Below are positions 53,126-64,000 of a stretch of DNA of 64,000 nucleotides, in pieces (the first letter of the stretch is position 1; each line of letters starts with the position of its first letter). The position numbers were made by a program, and so were the translations under genes. The notes below the pieces were generated by a model, which ran no database searches, was not told the origin of the DNA, and saw only the letters and a list, made by a program, of their open reading frames with translations. The stretch is from positions 1 to 64,000 of the forward strand of contig NIVC01003467.1 in assembly GCA_002269645.1 (NCBI GenBank), given 5' to 3'. The stretch comes from Macrostomum lignano (taxonomy: Eukaryota).

Positions 53126-54786
53126 TCACACACGGATGGCGAACTTCCCAGCCTCGTTCTTCAGCTCGTGCGGCAGAACGGGAAATCTCAGCAGGTGGCA
53201 GGCGTCCAGGTGGAACAGCACGGCCTGGCAGTCAGCATCGCAGCGATATACGCACTCAGTCAGACTCCTGACGGGCTGCTCATTGCGGTAGAAGGGCCCG
53301 CTGGTAGAGGTCAGGTTCACATAGTCTCGGTCAACCAGAGTGAAATGATTGCTATCTGGAAGGGAAAAAAGAGGCATCTGTGCGTTCCTACTTTGGTGAG
53401 ACCAACACGAGTGCATCTCCTTCAAAATATCGACTGCAGTCGATCAAATTCTAAATCTGCGTTCATCTTTCGAAAAATGGCCCCGTGGTCGTTGAGCGTG
53501 TGTGTGTGCGTGCCTGCGGCAGTATCCGTGCTCTTGTACATGCTCAGAGTCAGCGGAACGGGCTGAAAATCGACCAACCCTTGGTTGTGGGACGCCGTTT
53601 CCGATAGCGCTTTACCAGCCCTCCGGACAATACTTATCTACATGCATTTGTGTTTCATCAGAAATTCGATTGGAATTTATGAACTGCCTTTTGTCGCTTG
53701 TTGGGTTATTCAATGCTGAGCTCAAGTAGAAGTACATGTAGATGCGTGCTAAACCATTGATGCTATGCTTACCACCGCCGCGGTAGCGACGCCAGACGGA
53801 CCGTCGGAACTGTTTAGCACGACCTCCGGAGTGCTACAGGGTGACACTCTGGCGCCCTTTCTCTTCGTGCTGGTGATGGACTGGGTGCTCAGGACCGGCC
53901 TGCCGACAACAGAGAACAGCTTTCTGCTGCAAAGGCGCACCAGTAGACGGCACCCGGGGAAGAAACTGTCTGTCCTTGGCTAAGCGGACGACCTCGCCCT
54001 GCTGTCTTCGACGGCCGAAGGCGCCCAACGGCTGCTGGACGCGGCCTGACTGCGGCGGCGGCGAGGGTCGGTCTCGTCATCAACGCCAGGAAAACCGAGG
54101 TGCTGACGGTGCCGCATGATCTACCCGCCGAGATTCGACTTCGAGACGGTGATGGCCCCGGGACGGCGCTCCCGAAGTGCCTTCAGTTCGTCTACCTCGG
54201 CGGGCTGGTGCCTGACGTCGGCGACGACCTAGCGAGACGGCGCGGCAAGGCCTGGGCTGCCTTCCGATCTGTGCGGGCGGTGCTGCTCTCCAAGGCCCTG
54301 TCCGACGGCGCCAGGTCCCAGCTGTTCCAGGTGGTTGTTGAGACCGCCCTGCTGTACAATGCTGAGACCTGGACGCTGACCGGGGCGCTTGAGGCGCAGC
54401 TCGACGCGGCGCATGCGGCTCTAGTCCGCGCCGCTTTCGGCGCCCGCCGCGGCCCTGGCAGCGAGACAACCGAGTCCCTGTACAGGCGCACAGGCCTGAC
54501 GCGGCCTTCTGCCCTGCTGAGTCAGCGGCGCCTGCGGCTTGCCGGACATGTCATCCGGGCCGAAGCCTACTGCCCAGAGCCGCTGCAGGACGTCCTGCTG
54601 TGGACCCCGCAGGGACCGCGCAGGCGTGGCCAGGGACGATCAGCCCGCTACGTCGACCGCCTTTTTGAAGACGTGCGAGCACCCAGCCAGGCGGCCGGTG
54701 TGAAGCACGTTAGAGACCTAGCTCTGAAACGCGCGATTTGACGCTCCCCCCTTTTGGCCACTCCCGTGGCTGGCGTGGGGCGCAAC

Positions 54787-54828
<42 letters not shown>

Positions 54829-55301
54829 GCTGAGTGCAAGTGGGGAAGTGCGTGAACAGAACAGCACCGATTGTAAATTCCGCTACGCTCACCTGGACGA
54901 TTGTAGACCTGCCGGTACACGGAGTTTCGATACGCCCCTCCACAGATTATGGCCGTGTTGCCAGAGCATTCCATGTTGCAGTCGCTGTCGGCTGCCCTGC
55001 CGTGTCGGCCGTACGAGTTTCCGCAGAAACAAGAACTTGAATACTGAACACCAAAGTAGCGGAATTTTCCATAGGCGCAGATTTCGCTGCAAAGCTGCAG
55101 AGTCATGCTGCTGAGTTCGACTGTCCCCCCGGAGTTCCATGTCACTGAGTAGGGCCCGATGGTGGACCAGCCATTCAGACCGTTGATATCTCGATCTCCG
55201 GTGTCCACAAAGCAGCCTAACAGGCCGAATTCAGCGCCCAGCGAGTGGCCGAAAGCGATGCAACAGCAGAGAATCAGCGGCAGAATTGACAAAGTCTGCA
55301 T
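53126..55301 (-). CDS. Secreted WSC-domain protein with a C-terminal PAN/Apple-like Cys module. Exons 55301-54893 and 53355-53126.
   Basis: Signal peptide MQTLSILPLILCCCIAFG. WSC pattern LGCFVD...MTLQLCSEIC...YFGVQYSSSCFCGN...CNMECSGN..IICGG..RNSVY. A phase-1 donor (54892) and acceptor (53356) join it to SLTECVYRCDADCQAVLF...CHLL. Confidence 0.82.
53750..54826 (+). mobile_element. 5'-truncated non-LTR retrotransposon (RTE-like RT) with an (ATT)n tail, antisense in the WSC gene intron
   Basis: GVLQGDTLAPFLFVLVMDWVLR. The YADD motif is broken by a stop (TAA-GCG-GAC-GAC). C-terminal FVYLG...LLYNAETW...RRLRLAGHV. Tail 54785-54826. Confidence 0.88.
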
Positions 55302-56029
55302 GGTCAGAGCGGCTGTGGAGAGTCTCACGAGACGGAATGTGCTTATCGCTTTTGTGCCTCTCGCCAGCTGCAGGACTGCGGGCTTTATGCAGCTTCCCAA
55401 CTCATCATTTGGGGTGGCGGGCGTTGCGATGGCTGCGCGGAGGGGAGCGCAGCGTCGAGCCAGTCGATCCCGATGAATCCGAGCTTTGGATTGGCTTAGA
55501 GATATTCTTTGTTGTCTCTCTGTTGCTTTTTACTCTGAATTCAGAATCTTGTTGCAAAGCGACAGAGACAACTGTTTGTTGTGCGATGCCTTGGGGAGGC
55601 TGGGTTGCTACCAGTGGCTGCTCCTCGATGCGTAGAATTTTAATGCAGCTTTCGGATTGTTCAAATGCATTTTTGCGTGAATTTTCTGTCTTCGTTTAAT
55701 CCGTGAGTGTCCCATTGTCAGTGTCTTTCACTCTCAACTGTCTGATTTTTCTGCTGCTTTTGTTAGAGAAAGAGATGCAGATGTTTTGCATTCTCTTTTG
55801 ATTTTCCTGCCATTAGTCACTTCTCACGCCATCATCCCAGGCGTTTTAGAATTCAATTTTAGCAAAATCTGAGCAAATTCGATTTTTCAATAATTTCAAT
55901 TTCACGTGCATGTTTCTCTGAGGACTGCTCAGCAGGCACTGCACGGAATAGGGGCTCAAAGTTGACGAGCAAGTGCCCCTCGCTTTGACATGGTGACGCT
56001 GTCCTCTGAATTTCAGTTTAGGTGCCTCT

Positions 56030-56258
56030 AATGAAGCTGTAAGGCTGAGCAGCGGATCTGGATGAAACTGTGAGGCTGAAAAGTGGGTGGTTCTGGATGA
56101 TTTAGTGAGGTTCAGCAGTGGGTCTGGATGAAGTCAAGTGGCTACCGTCATGACGGAATGACGCAATGTTACTGCTGGTTACCGGGATGAGTCGGATGAC
56201 GCAATAAACTTGAAAATGAAGTAACTCAAATCATTTATAAACTCATAAATAAATTTGT
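56030..56258. repeat. Dispersed repeat, copy 2 (see 47905-48095)
   Basis: Manual alignment. Confidence 0.8.
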
Positions 56259-56277
56259 GCAGAACCTTACGACTTAT

Positions 56278-56471
56278 TGGGCCGTATGCAGAAAGCTCTG
56301 TCTAGGGTAGTCCGGTCTTGAAAAACTAGTCTGGACTTGGATTTGGTATGCAGAAACGCAAAGTTAGACCGGTCTACTAAAGCAGAACTAGGGTAGCTAG
56401 ACCATAGACTATAGACTGAACTACCCAAGTCCGGACTAGCTAGTCTGGACTAAGCTTTCTGCATACGGCCC
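56278..56471. mobile_element. Tourist/PIF-Harbinger-like MITE, 194 bp
   Basis: Perfect 19-bp TIRs GGGCCGTATGCAGAAAGCT / AGCTTTCTGCATACGGCCC. Flanked by ATT/ATT (3-bp TSD; an alternative parse gives TTAT/TTAT). Confidence 0.8.
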
Positions 56472-56877
56472 ATTATTAAAGACATCAATAAAAACTCTCT
56501 GTGGCTACTCAGTCTACTGCATGCATGTAAGTTTAACGTGAGAAAGCTAATGGATTCAGAAAACAAGAATGAAAAGCAGATACTAAAACGATACAGGGAC
56601 GGATCAAATGAAATTCAATCAGTTTCTAAGAAAGGAATAAAAACGGAACCAGTGACTCTGAAACCGGCGTGCGTTAAAAGGAATATGAAGGGCAAAGTTT
56701 ATAATGTTCATGTAAATAAAAGAATCACATTATAGCAATATTTATCAGTCAGATTATGACATTTCAGGTAAGGTACACCGTTTGAGGAAAGTCAGGAAAA
56801 TGAAAGCAAAGGCGAACATTCGCATTTTTATCTTTGATAATACGAAATTACGAAATTACAATTTATTGATCAATCTT

Positions 56878-56920
56878 CGCGCGACATGTTTCGCCGAACA
56901 ATCGGCATCTTCAGGCAAGG
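56878..56920 (-). ncRNA. Minimal type I hammerhead ribozyme motif (Penelope-like)
   Basis: Minus strand reads CCUUGC-CUGAAGA-U-GCCGA(UUGU)UCGGC-GAAAC-AU-GUC|GCG. Perfect core, 5-bp stem II, palindromic ACAUGU stem III, 3-bp stem I. Confidence 0.65.
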
Positions 56921-57483
56921 CAATAATATATTTTCAGAGAGATGGTAAAATATTTAAAGTCTAGTAGGCCAAAAAGATTGTCAGTATGGGTAACCGAGTT
57001 AAATGGCCCTAAATAAGAGGCAAGCGCATGGGGTCAGAACACCCTTAGATGGACACTCGCCCCTCTACCACTAAGTTGGATGTTCATGGTGGGCTTTAGC
57101 TGTTTAATGTACAACGACTCAAGAGTAGACAACTTCACAACGAGTAGACAACTTGACTGAGATCAACATCTGCTAAAATCTCATTATACACAATGCTTTT
57201 ATATATAAAATCAAGCACCTCAATGCAATACTTACAACCGCTCATCTAAGGGCGATAAAAAAGGTCAAGCACCCCCCCCCAAATCCCCGTGAGATCAACA
57301 TCTACTAAAATCTATCTAAACATAATGCCCTAACACCTAAGACCAACCACCCCATCGCAATGCTTACAACTTCCATATACTAAAAATGGTCTGTCGGTAT
57401 CTATCTTGGTATCTATCTAGTACTGATCTAAACGGGATTTTATTGTTTTTTTGTCCTAGAAACTCCGGACGGTAAAAAATCGA

Positions 57484-58443
57484 CATCCAACATCTAACAT
57501 CCAACATCCAACATCCAACATCCAACACCCAACATCCAACACCCAACACCCAACATCCAACATCCAACACCCAACACCAACACCCATCACTCAACATCCA
57601 ACACCCAACATCCAACATCCAACACCCAACACCCAACACCCAATATCCAACACCCAACACCAACACCCATCACTCAACATCCAACACCCAACATCCAACA
57701 TCCAACACAACACCCAACATCCAACATCCAACACCCAACATCCAACACCCAACATCCAACATCCAACACCCAACATCCAACACCCAACATCCAACACAAC
57801 ACCCAAAATCCAACATCCAACATCCAACATCCAACACCCAACATCCAACACCCAACATCCAACACCCAACACCCAACATCCAACATCCAACATCCAACAC
57901 CCAACATCCAACACAACACCCAACATCCAACACAACACCCAAAATCCAACATCCAACATCCAACATCCAACACCCAACATCCAACACCCAACATCCAACA
58001 CCCAACACCCAACATCCAACACAACACCCAACATCCAACATCCAACATTCAACACCCAACATCCAACATCCAACACCCAACATCCAACACCCAACACCCA
58101 ACATCCAACACTCAACATCCAACACAACACCCAAAATCCAACATCCAACATCCAACATTCAACACCCAACACCCAACATCCAACATCCAACACCCAACAT
58201 CCAACACCCAACATCCAACACTCAACACCCAACATCCAACATCCAACATCCAACATTCAACACCCAACACCCAACATCCAACATCCAACACCCAACATCC
58301 AACATCCAACATCCAACACCCAACATCCAACACCCAACATCCAACACTCAACACCCAACATCCAACATCCAACATCCAACATTCAACACCCAACACCCAA
58401 CATCCAACATCCAACACCCAACATCCAACATCCAACATCCAAC
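57484..58443. repeat. 7-bp CCAACA(T/C) satellite
   Basis: Direct inspection. It gives the artefactual MLDVGCW ORFs. Confidence 0.97.
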
Positions 58444-59518
58444 AGATGCAGATATGATGCTAGAGATGCAAATTGATAATTTAAAAGCTTAAGAATAGCG
58501 GGTCATAGCTGCGTTGCAGACAGTCTAAGTATTGTAGTGCACTCGTAGGACGGTTTTTTATTGTTCTAACTAAATTTGGTACAATTAATTGCTACAAAGT
58601 TAAATTTATTGATTTTTCTGTCCAGAAGACACCAACGAAATTACTTGTACTGATCACTCAAACTTACTGACACTTACCAGGGCAAAAACGAAAGCACCTA
58701 AAAATTACAACAAAGTTCTCATTTTTTTTAAATTAGACCTCGTATGTTATGATCCTTCTATTAAAAAAACTACGCTTGGAAAATCATCGCAATGTCGCTG
58801 ATAGTCCAGCAATGGAAGTGATAGCGAATATACATGTAGAAACGGTTTGTTGTCTTTAGTTATCATCATTATCCCTCTTAAGGCAGCCTTCTCAACACAG
58901 TCTCCATCTGTAGCATCACACTTCCCCCATCGCGTGAGCATCGCGTCAATCGCATCAGAACAGCCTGCTGGCACCAACTCACCTCCTCAAACGATCTGGG
59001 AGATTACAGCAGAAGATCCAGTTTGAGCTATTTAATTAACTCACATCAATGGTTCAAAAACCATCAAGCCTGAAAATCATCAAATCGCTGTCACTTTCAA
59101 AAAAGTAAAATGACACCAAAGTTGCTTCTTTCCGACAACCTCTCGCATGTTTCTTACACCAACCGAGATAACAATGGAAGTATGGATAAACTGATAGCTC
59201 TTGTCACAAAGTAGGGATAGTAGGGTTAAAAATTATCTAATGGAAAAATCTAACAGCTAATCAATCGCGTATGATAGCATAAATATTGGGAAAAAGCTGG
59301 GAAGATAACAGACAGAGAATTATGATGAGGAGCACATGACAGTCTAAATAGATTTCTACGAATAAAAGGAAGCTTTGAAAACTAAAAAAAGTCATACTTA
59401 TACCAATTAAATTCAAATAAAATTTTCGTTTACTACTTTTTGTTTACTGCCCAGTCTAAAGTCTACTGAAAATCGATATCAAGTCGGTATGATTGTGCTA
59501 CACAAAGACAGTCGGAGT

Positions 59519-61135
59519 TCAGATTTCAAAGACGCGCTGTCTCAAGGAATTGTTAGCCACATCGAAGGCCACGCAGCGCCTGCTGTCGGTGCTGAACTCA
59601 ATCGCCAAGTCATCGGTGAACGGAACTTTGATTGCAGCACCGAAGTAGGGCGTTCCGAAGCCGCTGCTGACCTGCTGAGCAACGAGGGAGGCCATGTTTC
59701 GGTTGCCTCGCAGCAGTTCAGCATTCAAGTCGAACTTTCCTTTGTCCTGCACACTGTTCGAGGCCAGCAGCATCCCAGTGATCGAGCACACTGTGTGCAG
59801 CTTCTCACCGTCATCAACGAACAGCATGCGGTCCCTCACCGAAATGCGAGGCCTGGCGCCCGCCTTGTCGATGCCGGTCACCGCGAGCTTCAGCTGGACT
59901 TCATTCGACTTCTTGGACAGTCCGAAAATCACCGGCTTGCCGTCGGCTCGCTCAGCGAGGATGAACAGCTTGTCAGAGTCTCCGGCGATGCAGCGCAGCT
60001 TCTGCACGTCATCTTGCAGGTCAGAGACGCCGACTCGAGACTGCTCCACTCCGCACATGTCGGTGATGATCAGCTGTCGATCTTGGACGATGAACAGCAG
60101 TTGCAGTTTTGTGTCGCAGTGCAGATCTCTGATGGGCTGATCCCAGCTGCCGGGTACCTTGCCGACCTCCTCGGAGTCGAATGAAACCAAAACGAAATTT
60201 TTCTCGCTGGCAGAACGATCCACGGCGACAAGAATGGATTTGGGAGGCAGCTGACGTATTTCAGACACTTGGGTCTCTTCAATAGTTGTCTGAGATGTTT
60301 CGGTGACTTCAGTAGCTGGCTGAGGTATTTGAATGTCTTCAGAATCTGGTTGAGGCACGCACTTTGTACGCGACTTACAACCTCCAGTCGCTGTTTTAGC
60401 TCCAACGATGCTACCAGAACCGTCAAGAGCAAAGCCCTCAGTGCTATTCCACACTGTCAAGCAAGATGGGGTTCCGCTGAGTTGGACATTATTTTGTTTT
60501 GGAACTGCGTCAGTATTTGGGACACTCTGGCTTCTGCTAGCACGAATATCAAGGCTTTTAACCAAATTCTGAGCAAGCTGAAGCGACATATCGAAGCTCA
60601 TCTGCAGGTTTCTAACCATCGAGCTCACATCCGGGAAGGCAGCCATCGTGACCTCGGTTTTCCCTTCATTAATGCACACAAGCTCTGAGTTAAGCTCAAG
60701 TGACTCAAGCGACTTGTCCATATTCTCCGTGATGAGGAAGGCCTGTCTCAGGTCGCTCTCGTTCTTCGCCGTCCTGAACTCCGTCTCAAGTTCGTCAACC
60801 ACGGCTAGAGTCGCAAGAGACTCCGACACCTTTTCGTAGTGCTCGTTGACGGCTTCAGTGAGCTCCGCCTGGCACTTTTCGAATGAGTCGCGCAGATCTT
60901 GAAAGGTGTCACAGAGAAGCTCCAGGTCGGACGCCAGCCTCTGCTGCATGAGACGCAGCGGGCGCTGGTAATTGCGGAAGTGAGCGATTCTCTCCGCCAC
61001 AGCGGCCTCCGCATTCTCGCACCTGCGCAGGTCGGCCTGCAGATGGTGCTCACAGAGCGGCTGGTCCGAGATCGGAGACTTACTGGCTGACGGATTTTTG
61101 CACAGTCTCACGAAGCAAGTCGCTTGGGTATCCAT
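59519..61135 (-). CDS. Intronless 538-aa protein with a B-box-like Cys/His finger, a coiled coil and a C-terminal beta-propeller-like region (TRIM/NHL-like)
   Basis: CFVRLC...PLCEHH at the N-terminus, then about 130 aa of heptad-rich helix. The C-terminus has repeated short beta-strand segments (IRDLHCD..LQLLFIV, LRCIAGD.DKLFILA, PRISVRDRMLFVDD). Confidence 0.65.
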   Translation of the reverse strand: MDTQATCFVRLCKNPSASKSPISDQPLCEHHLQADLRRCENAEAAVAERIAHFRNYQRPLRLMQQRLASDLELLCDTFQDLRDSFEKCQAELTEAVNEHYEKVSESLATLAVVDELETEFRTAKNESDLRQAFLITENMDKSLESLELNSELVCINEGKTEVTMAAFPDVSSMVRNLQMSFDMSLQLAQNLVKSLDIRASRSQSVPNTDAVPKQNNVQLSGTPSCLTVWNSTEGFALDGSGSIVGAKTATGGCKSRTKCVPQPDSEDIQIPQPATEVTETSQTTIEETQVSEIRQLPPKSILVAVDRSASEKNFVLVSFDSEEVGKVPGSWDQPIRDLHCDTKLQLLFIVQDRQLIITDMCGVEQSRVGVSDLQDDVQKLRCIAGDSDKLFILAERADGKPVIFGLSKKSNEVQLKLAVTGIDKAGARPRISVRDRMLFVDDGEKLHTVCSITGMLLASNSVQDKGKFDLNAELLRGNRNMASLVAQQVSSGFGTPYFGAAIKVPFTDDLAIEFSTDSRRCVAFDVANNSLRQRVFEI

Positions 61136-61927
61136 TCCTGTCCCGAAATTCAGTGAGCAAATAGCTTTGGGAGTAAATAGCGAACGAAACTACAGGGGTC
61201 GCAGCGGCAGTGGTTTATACAAAAAGTAAAATATTGCGAATAAACTAGGCACTACGGATTTTTATCTTCACAGCAATCATTTTGTGTTCTCAGATAGAGT
61301 TAACAAGTACATTCAGGTACAGTACATACTTGTGGGCTGTATTTACTGCAATCCCGGAATACATGTCTATAGCCATGTACTTGCATTACGTGTACAGGCC
61401 GAGATTACGTGAAAGTACGCAATGTGCAGTTTTTATCCTGTACGGCATACGAAGTTCCGCTTTTTTCAACGCTGATATTAGTGACTGTTCTAGTGACGAA
61501 GAAATGCCTGGCCAACCGAGCCACGTGTTTTGTAAAGTACTGCACTTGTGACTTTTTACGTGGGGAGTAGCGTAAGGGGAAGCGCGGGGATTTTACTCTG
61601 GGTTAGTGAACGCATCGTGGAGGGGCTGCTCCAGGCTTGGATTAGCTCTGCGCTGTGCTCGCTGTGCTTTCTCTCTCACTGCTCTCTCAAAAAATATTTT
61701 CCGCGTGAGCGCTGCATTGATCTTGGCAGGGCGCTAAAATGGGCACTCAAAGGCTGAAATTGGCGCCGGAATATTGAAATTGGCGCCAAGAAGTAGCAAG
61801 CTGATATACGCTGCCACTTGTGCGCCGTTCCAGCGCTGATTTCAGCATTCCAGCGCTTATTTTGAGATCCTGGCGCTGATTTGGGGATTCTGGCGCCAAA
61901 TTTGGCTTCAGGCGCCAATTCGAGCTT

Positions 61928-63725
61928 TTACACACCAATTGTAGCTATCCAGAGCCGATTTGAGCTTTCCAGCGCTGGTTTGGGCCTTTTAGCGCTGATT
62001 TGGGGATCCTGGGGCTGATTTGGTGACGAAGGCAGACAAGATAATGAGAACTGAATAGTGGCATCCTGTTGCTTAACATTGGGACTTGTCGATTGCAGAA
62101 TTCCACCTCCAGCGTGCACTAGTAACTGTCTAAAGGCTGAGCAAAACTGTCTCAGAGTCAGATTGTGATTCCAGCCGTTTCGAAGTCTGATGGCATTAAA
62201 AAATAACTCAAGAAAATCCTGCGACAACTCGTAAGTGCAAATAAAGAAAAAACCACAACTTGAAAACAAATACTTGGCAAGGGCCATACGAGCTAACAGC
62301 CTCACAATTCACCATGAAGCCGAGAAAGCCTGTTTTCTTTGAAGTTTCAACAATTTTGCGTCCAGACAGATTTTCAAGACTTCCGAGAAGCTTAATCGAG
62401 TCAGTAAAGATGTCAATAAAGTCCGACTGGTTGTCAGCCCTTAGAGCCATTTTGGCCCCCTAATTTACTAGTCGCTTGGAGTTAAAGGCGTCGAACAAGT
62501 CATTCATGTGCTCAATAAAATCTGCCGTCACAAGTACATCATGGTGCTCGAATCCGGCCAAAGCTTGCTGATGTACCCACCGCAGGGAGTCAGCAACTGA
62601 CTTACTAAAAAGCTGGGATGCTAAATAGACCTTCATCTTTAAATTGGCAAAGTTGATGTGATGCCTGCTTAGTTTATTTCCCAGTTTGAGCCCGTAACTA
62701 TCCTGAACTTGCTGCAATAGTGAAACATATTTCCAATCAATATTCCCCCTATTCGGCCAAACTATCGTGCCCATTGATCGCCACTGATTGCGAATCAGCT
62801 TCAACATATGAGGCTGATCGAGTAAGGCAGAAACCTGAATGCTTGGGTCACAAGGATGAGGGAACGTGGCGACAATTGAGTCCGGAGAACTAATTTTAGC
62901 CCCAAGAAGTTCAATAGCTCGAATGTTGTGCTGCGTTCCATCGCATGTGAGCGATGTGGTGACAACGTGATCCTTGATTCTTCTACAACACTAGACATTA
63001 ATTCACCATCCACACCATTTACTAGAAAATAACCCAATGGCAACTTCCAGTAGTTCTTCAGACCCACAGCCATCACTACCAATGCCGACGTCGCCTCCTG
63101 ATCACTTGCCTTGCCATCCCTTTGTCAACATAGCCGAAGAACATGCCTTCATTCGAATTCCATTCAATCATTGATTCAAATTACATCTCATCGGCCACTA
63201 CATTGCAGTAGTCAAAGGCTGTGCCATCGTCGAAACATTTAGCGTTTGAAATCCATCTACGAAGAGACGCTCTGACATATTCATAGGCTTTGGGGCTGTA
63301 GAAGTGCAGGGTGGACGCGAATTTTCGCACTTCAGTAGGAAACTTTCTTGTCCGCTTATTGCTTTGAGGCAAAATGCTGCTAATCAAAGAATTCGAGGTC
63401 AAAAAATTCAGGCGCAAAGCAGCCGCTTCATTCAGAATGCTCTTTTTCCTCAACTCTCCGATTGCCTCCATCAGGGTTCTCGCTCTTCGCTTAATTTGCC
63501 TATGCTTTGAGCGCAATGATTTGAAGAGTTTTGAAGAGAACGTTGTAAGATTTCAATAGCTTTCGCACCCTTCTTGGACTTGGCATGAGCCGATGGAAGC
63601 CTATTGTACCTGCGGCTCAGATTTTTCAAAGCTCTTACCTTCGTATTGAAATCTTCCCTGCTTACAGGTCTGGCTGAGGAAGATCTGATGAGGACGCACT
63701 TTTTTTCCAAATCCCGCGCTAGCAC
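61928..63725 (-). pseudogene. Decayed P-element/THAP9-family transposase
   Basis: FASTLHFYSPKAYEYVR, VADEM, ALVVMAVG...WKLPLGYF, TCDG, DQPHMLKLIRN, KMKVYLASQLFS.SVAD, KTGFLGF and YELSQDFLELFFNAIR are spread over several frames. Deletions are present, for example the LP..RT segment before LRRW is missing. Confidence 0.92.
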
Positions 63726-64000
63726 ATGGGCTCTAAACTTACTAGCCTACTAACAGCAGGCTATGGGCATTTTTATCCTTTTTTGCGAATTGTCATAGAA
63801 TCTATACTAGATATAATTTTTGGTCATACTAGTAGTCAAATTAACATAGGCGTAGCTTTTTGGGTCATAAATCATCGCTTTCGAAGCTGGTCTGACAGCC
63901 ACCTGCGCCTCACTCCGTGTTGAGGCGGGCGCCAGATGGTCTGAGGGGATGCGGGCGGTAGCTTTTTTCTCATCATTTTGACAGGCCATCAAGATTTATG

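Noticed and set aside
52080-53566. Long ORFs (403, 393 and 282 aa) of VSEITEFSNQR / GVRNHRVQQSE repeats as a repetitive protein
   Set aside because: They arise from a stop-free 33-bp unit. The unique tail is the antisense of the WSC gene's second exon, and a 1-bp indel switches frames mid-array.
55480-55980. Minus-strand coding-like stretch upstream of the WSC gene
   Set aside because: It is interrupted by stops and frame changes, and no recognisable domain is present.
59489-60184. Antisense and alternative-frame ORFs overlapping the TRIM-like, DIRS, LINE, PCIF1-like, TRP and kinase genes
   Set aside because: Shadow ORFs expected in GC-rich coding DNA, with no independent motifs.

Overview
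Eukaryotic (metazoan) genomic DNA, with spliceosomal GT-AG introns, many micro- and minisatellites, and DIRS, LINE, P, hAT and Harbinger elements. No prokaryotic features or CRISPR arrays are present. The gene and repeat content would fit a spiralian invertebrate such as a free-living flatworm; this is inference only. Genes come mostly as paralog pairs. There are two nearly intronless ankyrin-repeat TRP channels whose membrane and TRP-domain region looks TRPM/TRPC-like (839-5024 +, 25258-30940 -). Two intronless, WW-less PCIF1/CAPAM-type N6-adenine methyltransferase-fold genes lie in a rearranged tandem duplication, and both replace the catalytic NPPF with GPPF (12022-13140 -, 18743-19861 -). 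Two head-to-head double-ankyrin-module Ser/Thr kinases have an HRDINCAN catalytic loop (36443-39688 -, 43363-47807 +); one of their introns is almost entirely (GTAA)n, a tandem copy of the splice-donor motif. Single genes are a DUF4806-like gene, a divergent dynein light chain, a small membrane protein, a secreted WSC+PAN-like protein and an intronless TRIM-like zinc-finger/coiled-coil/propeller ORF. Mobile DNA includes a decayed DIRS/Ngaro-type element, a 5'-truncated LINE, a decayed P-element transposase, several MITEs with intact target-site duplications, and two minimal hammerhead-ribozyme motifs of the Penelope type. Several frameshifts in otherwise intact genes are single-base homopolymer contractions and are probably assembly errors. 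All family assignments come from motifs recognised by eye; no database search was run.
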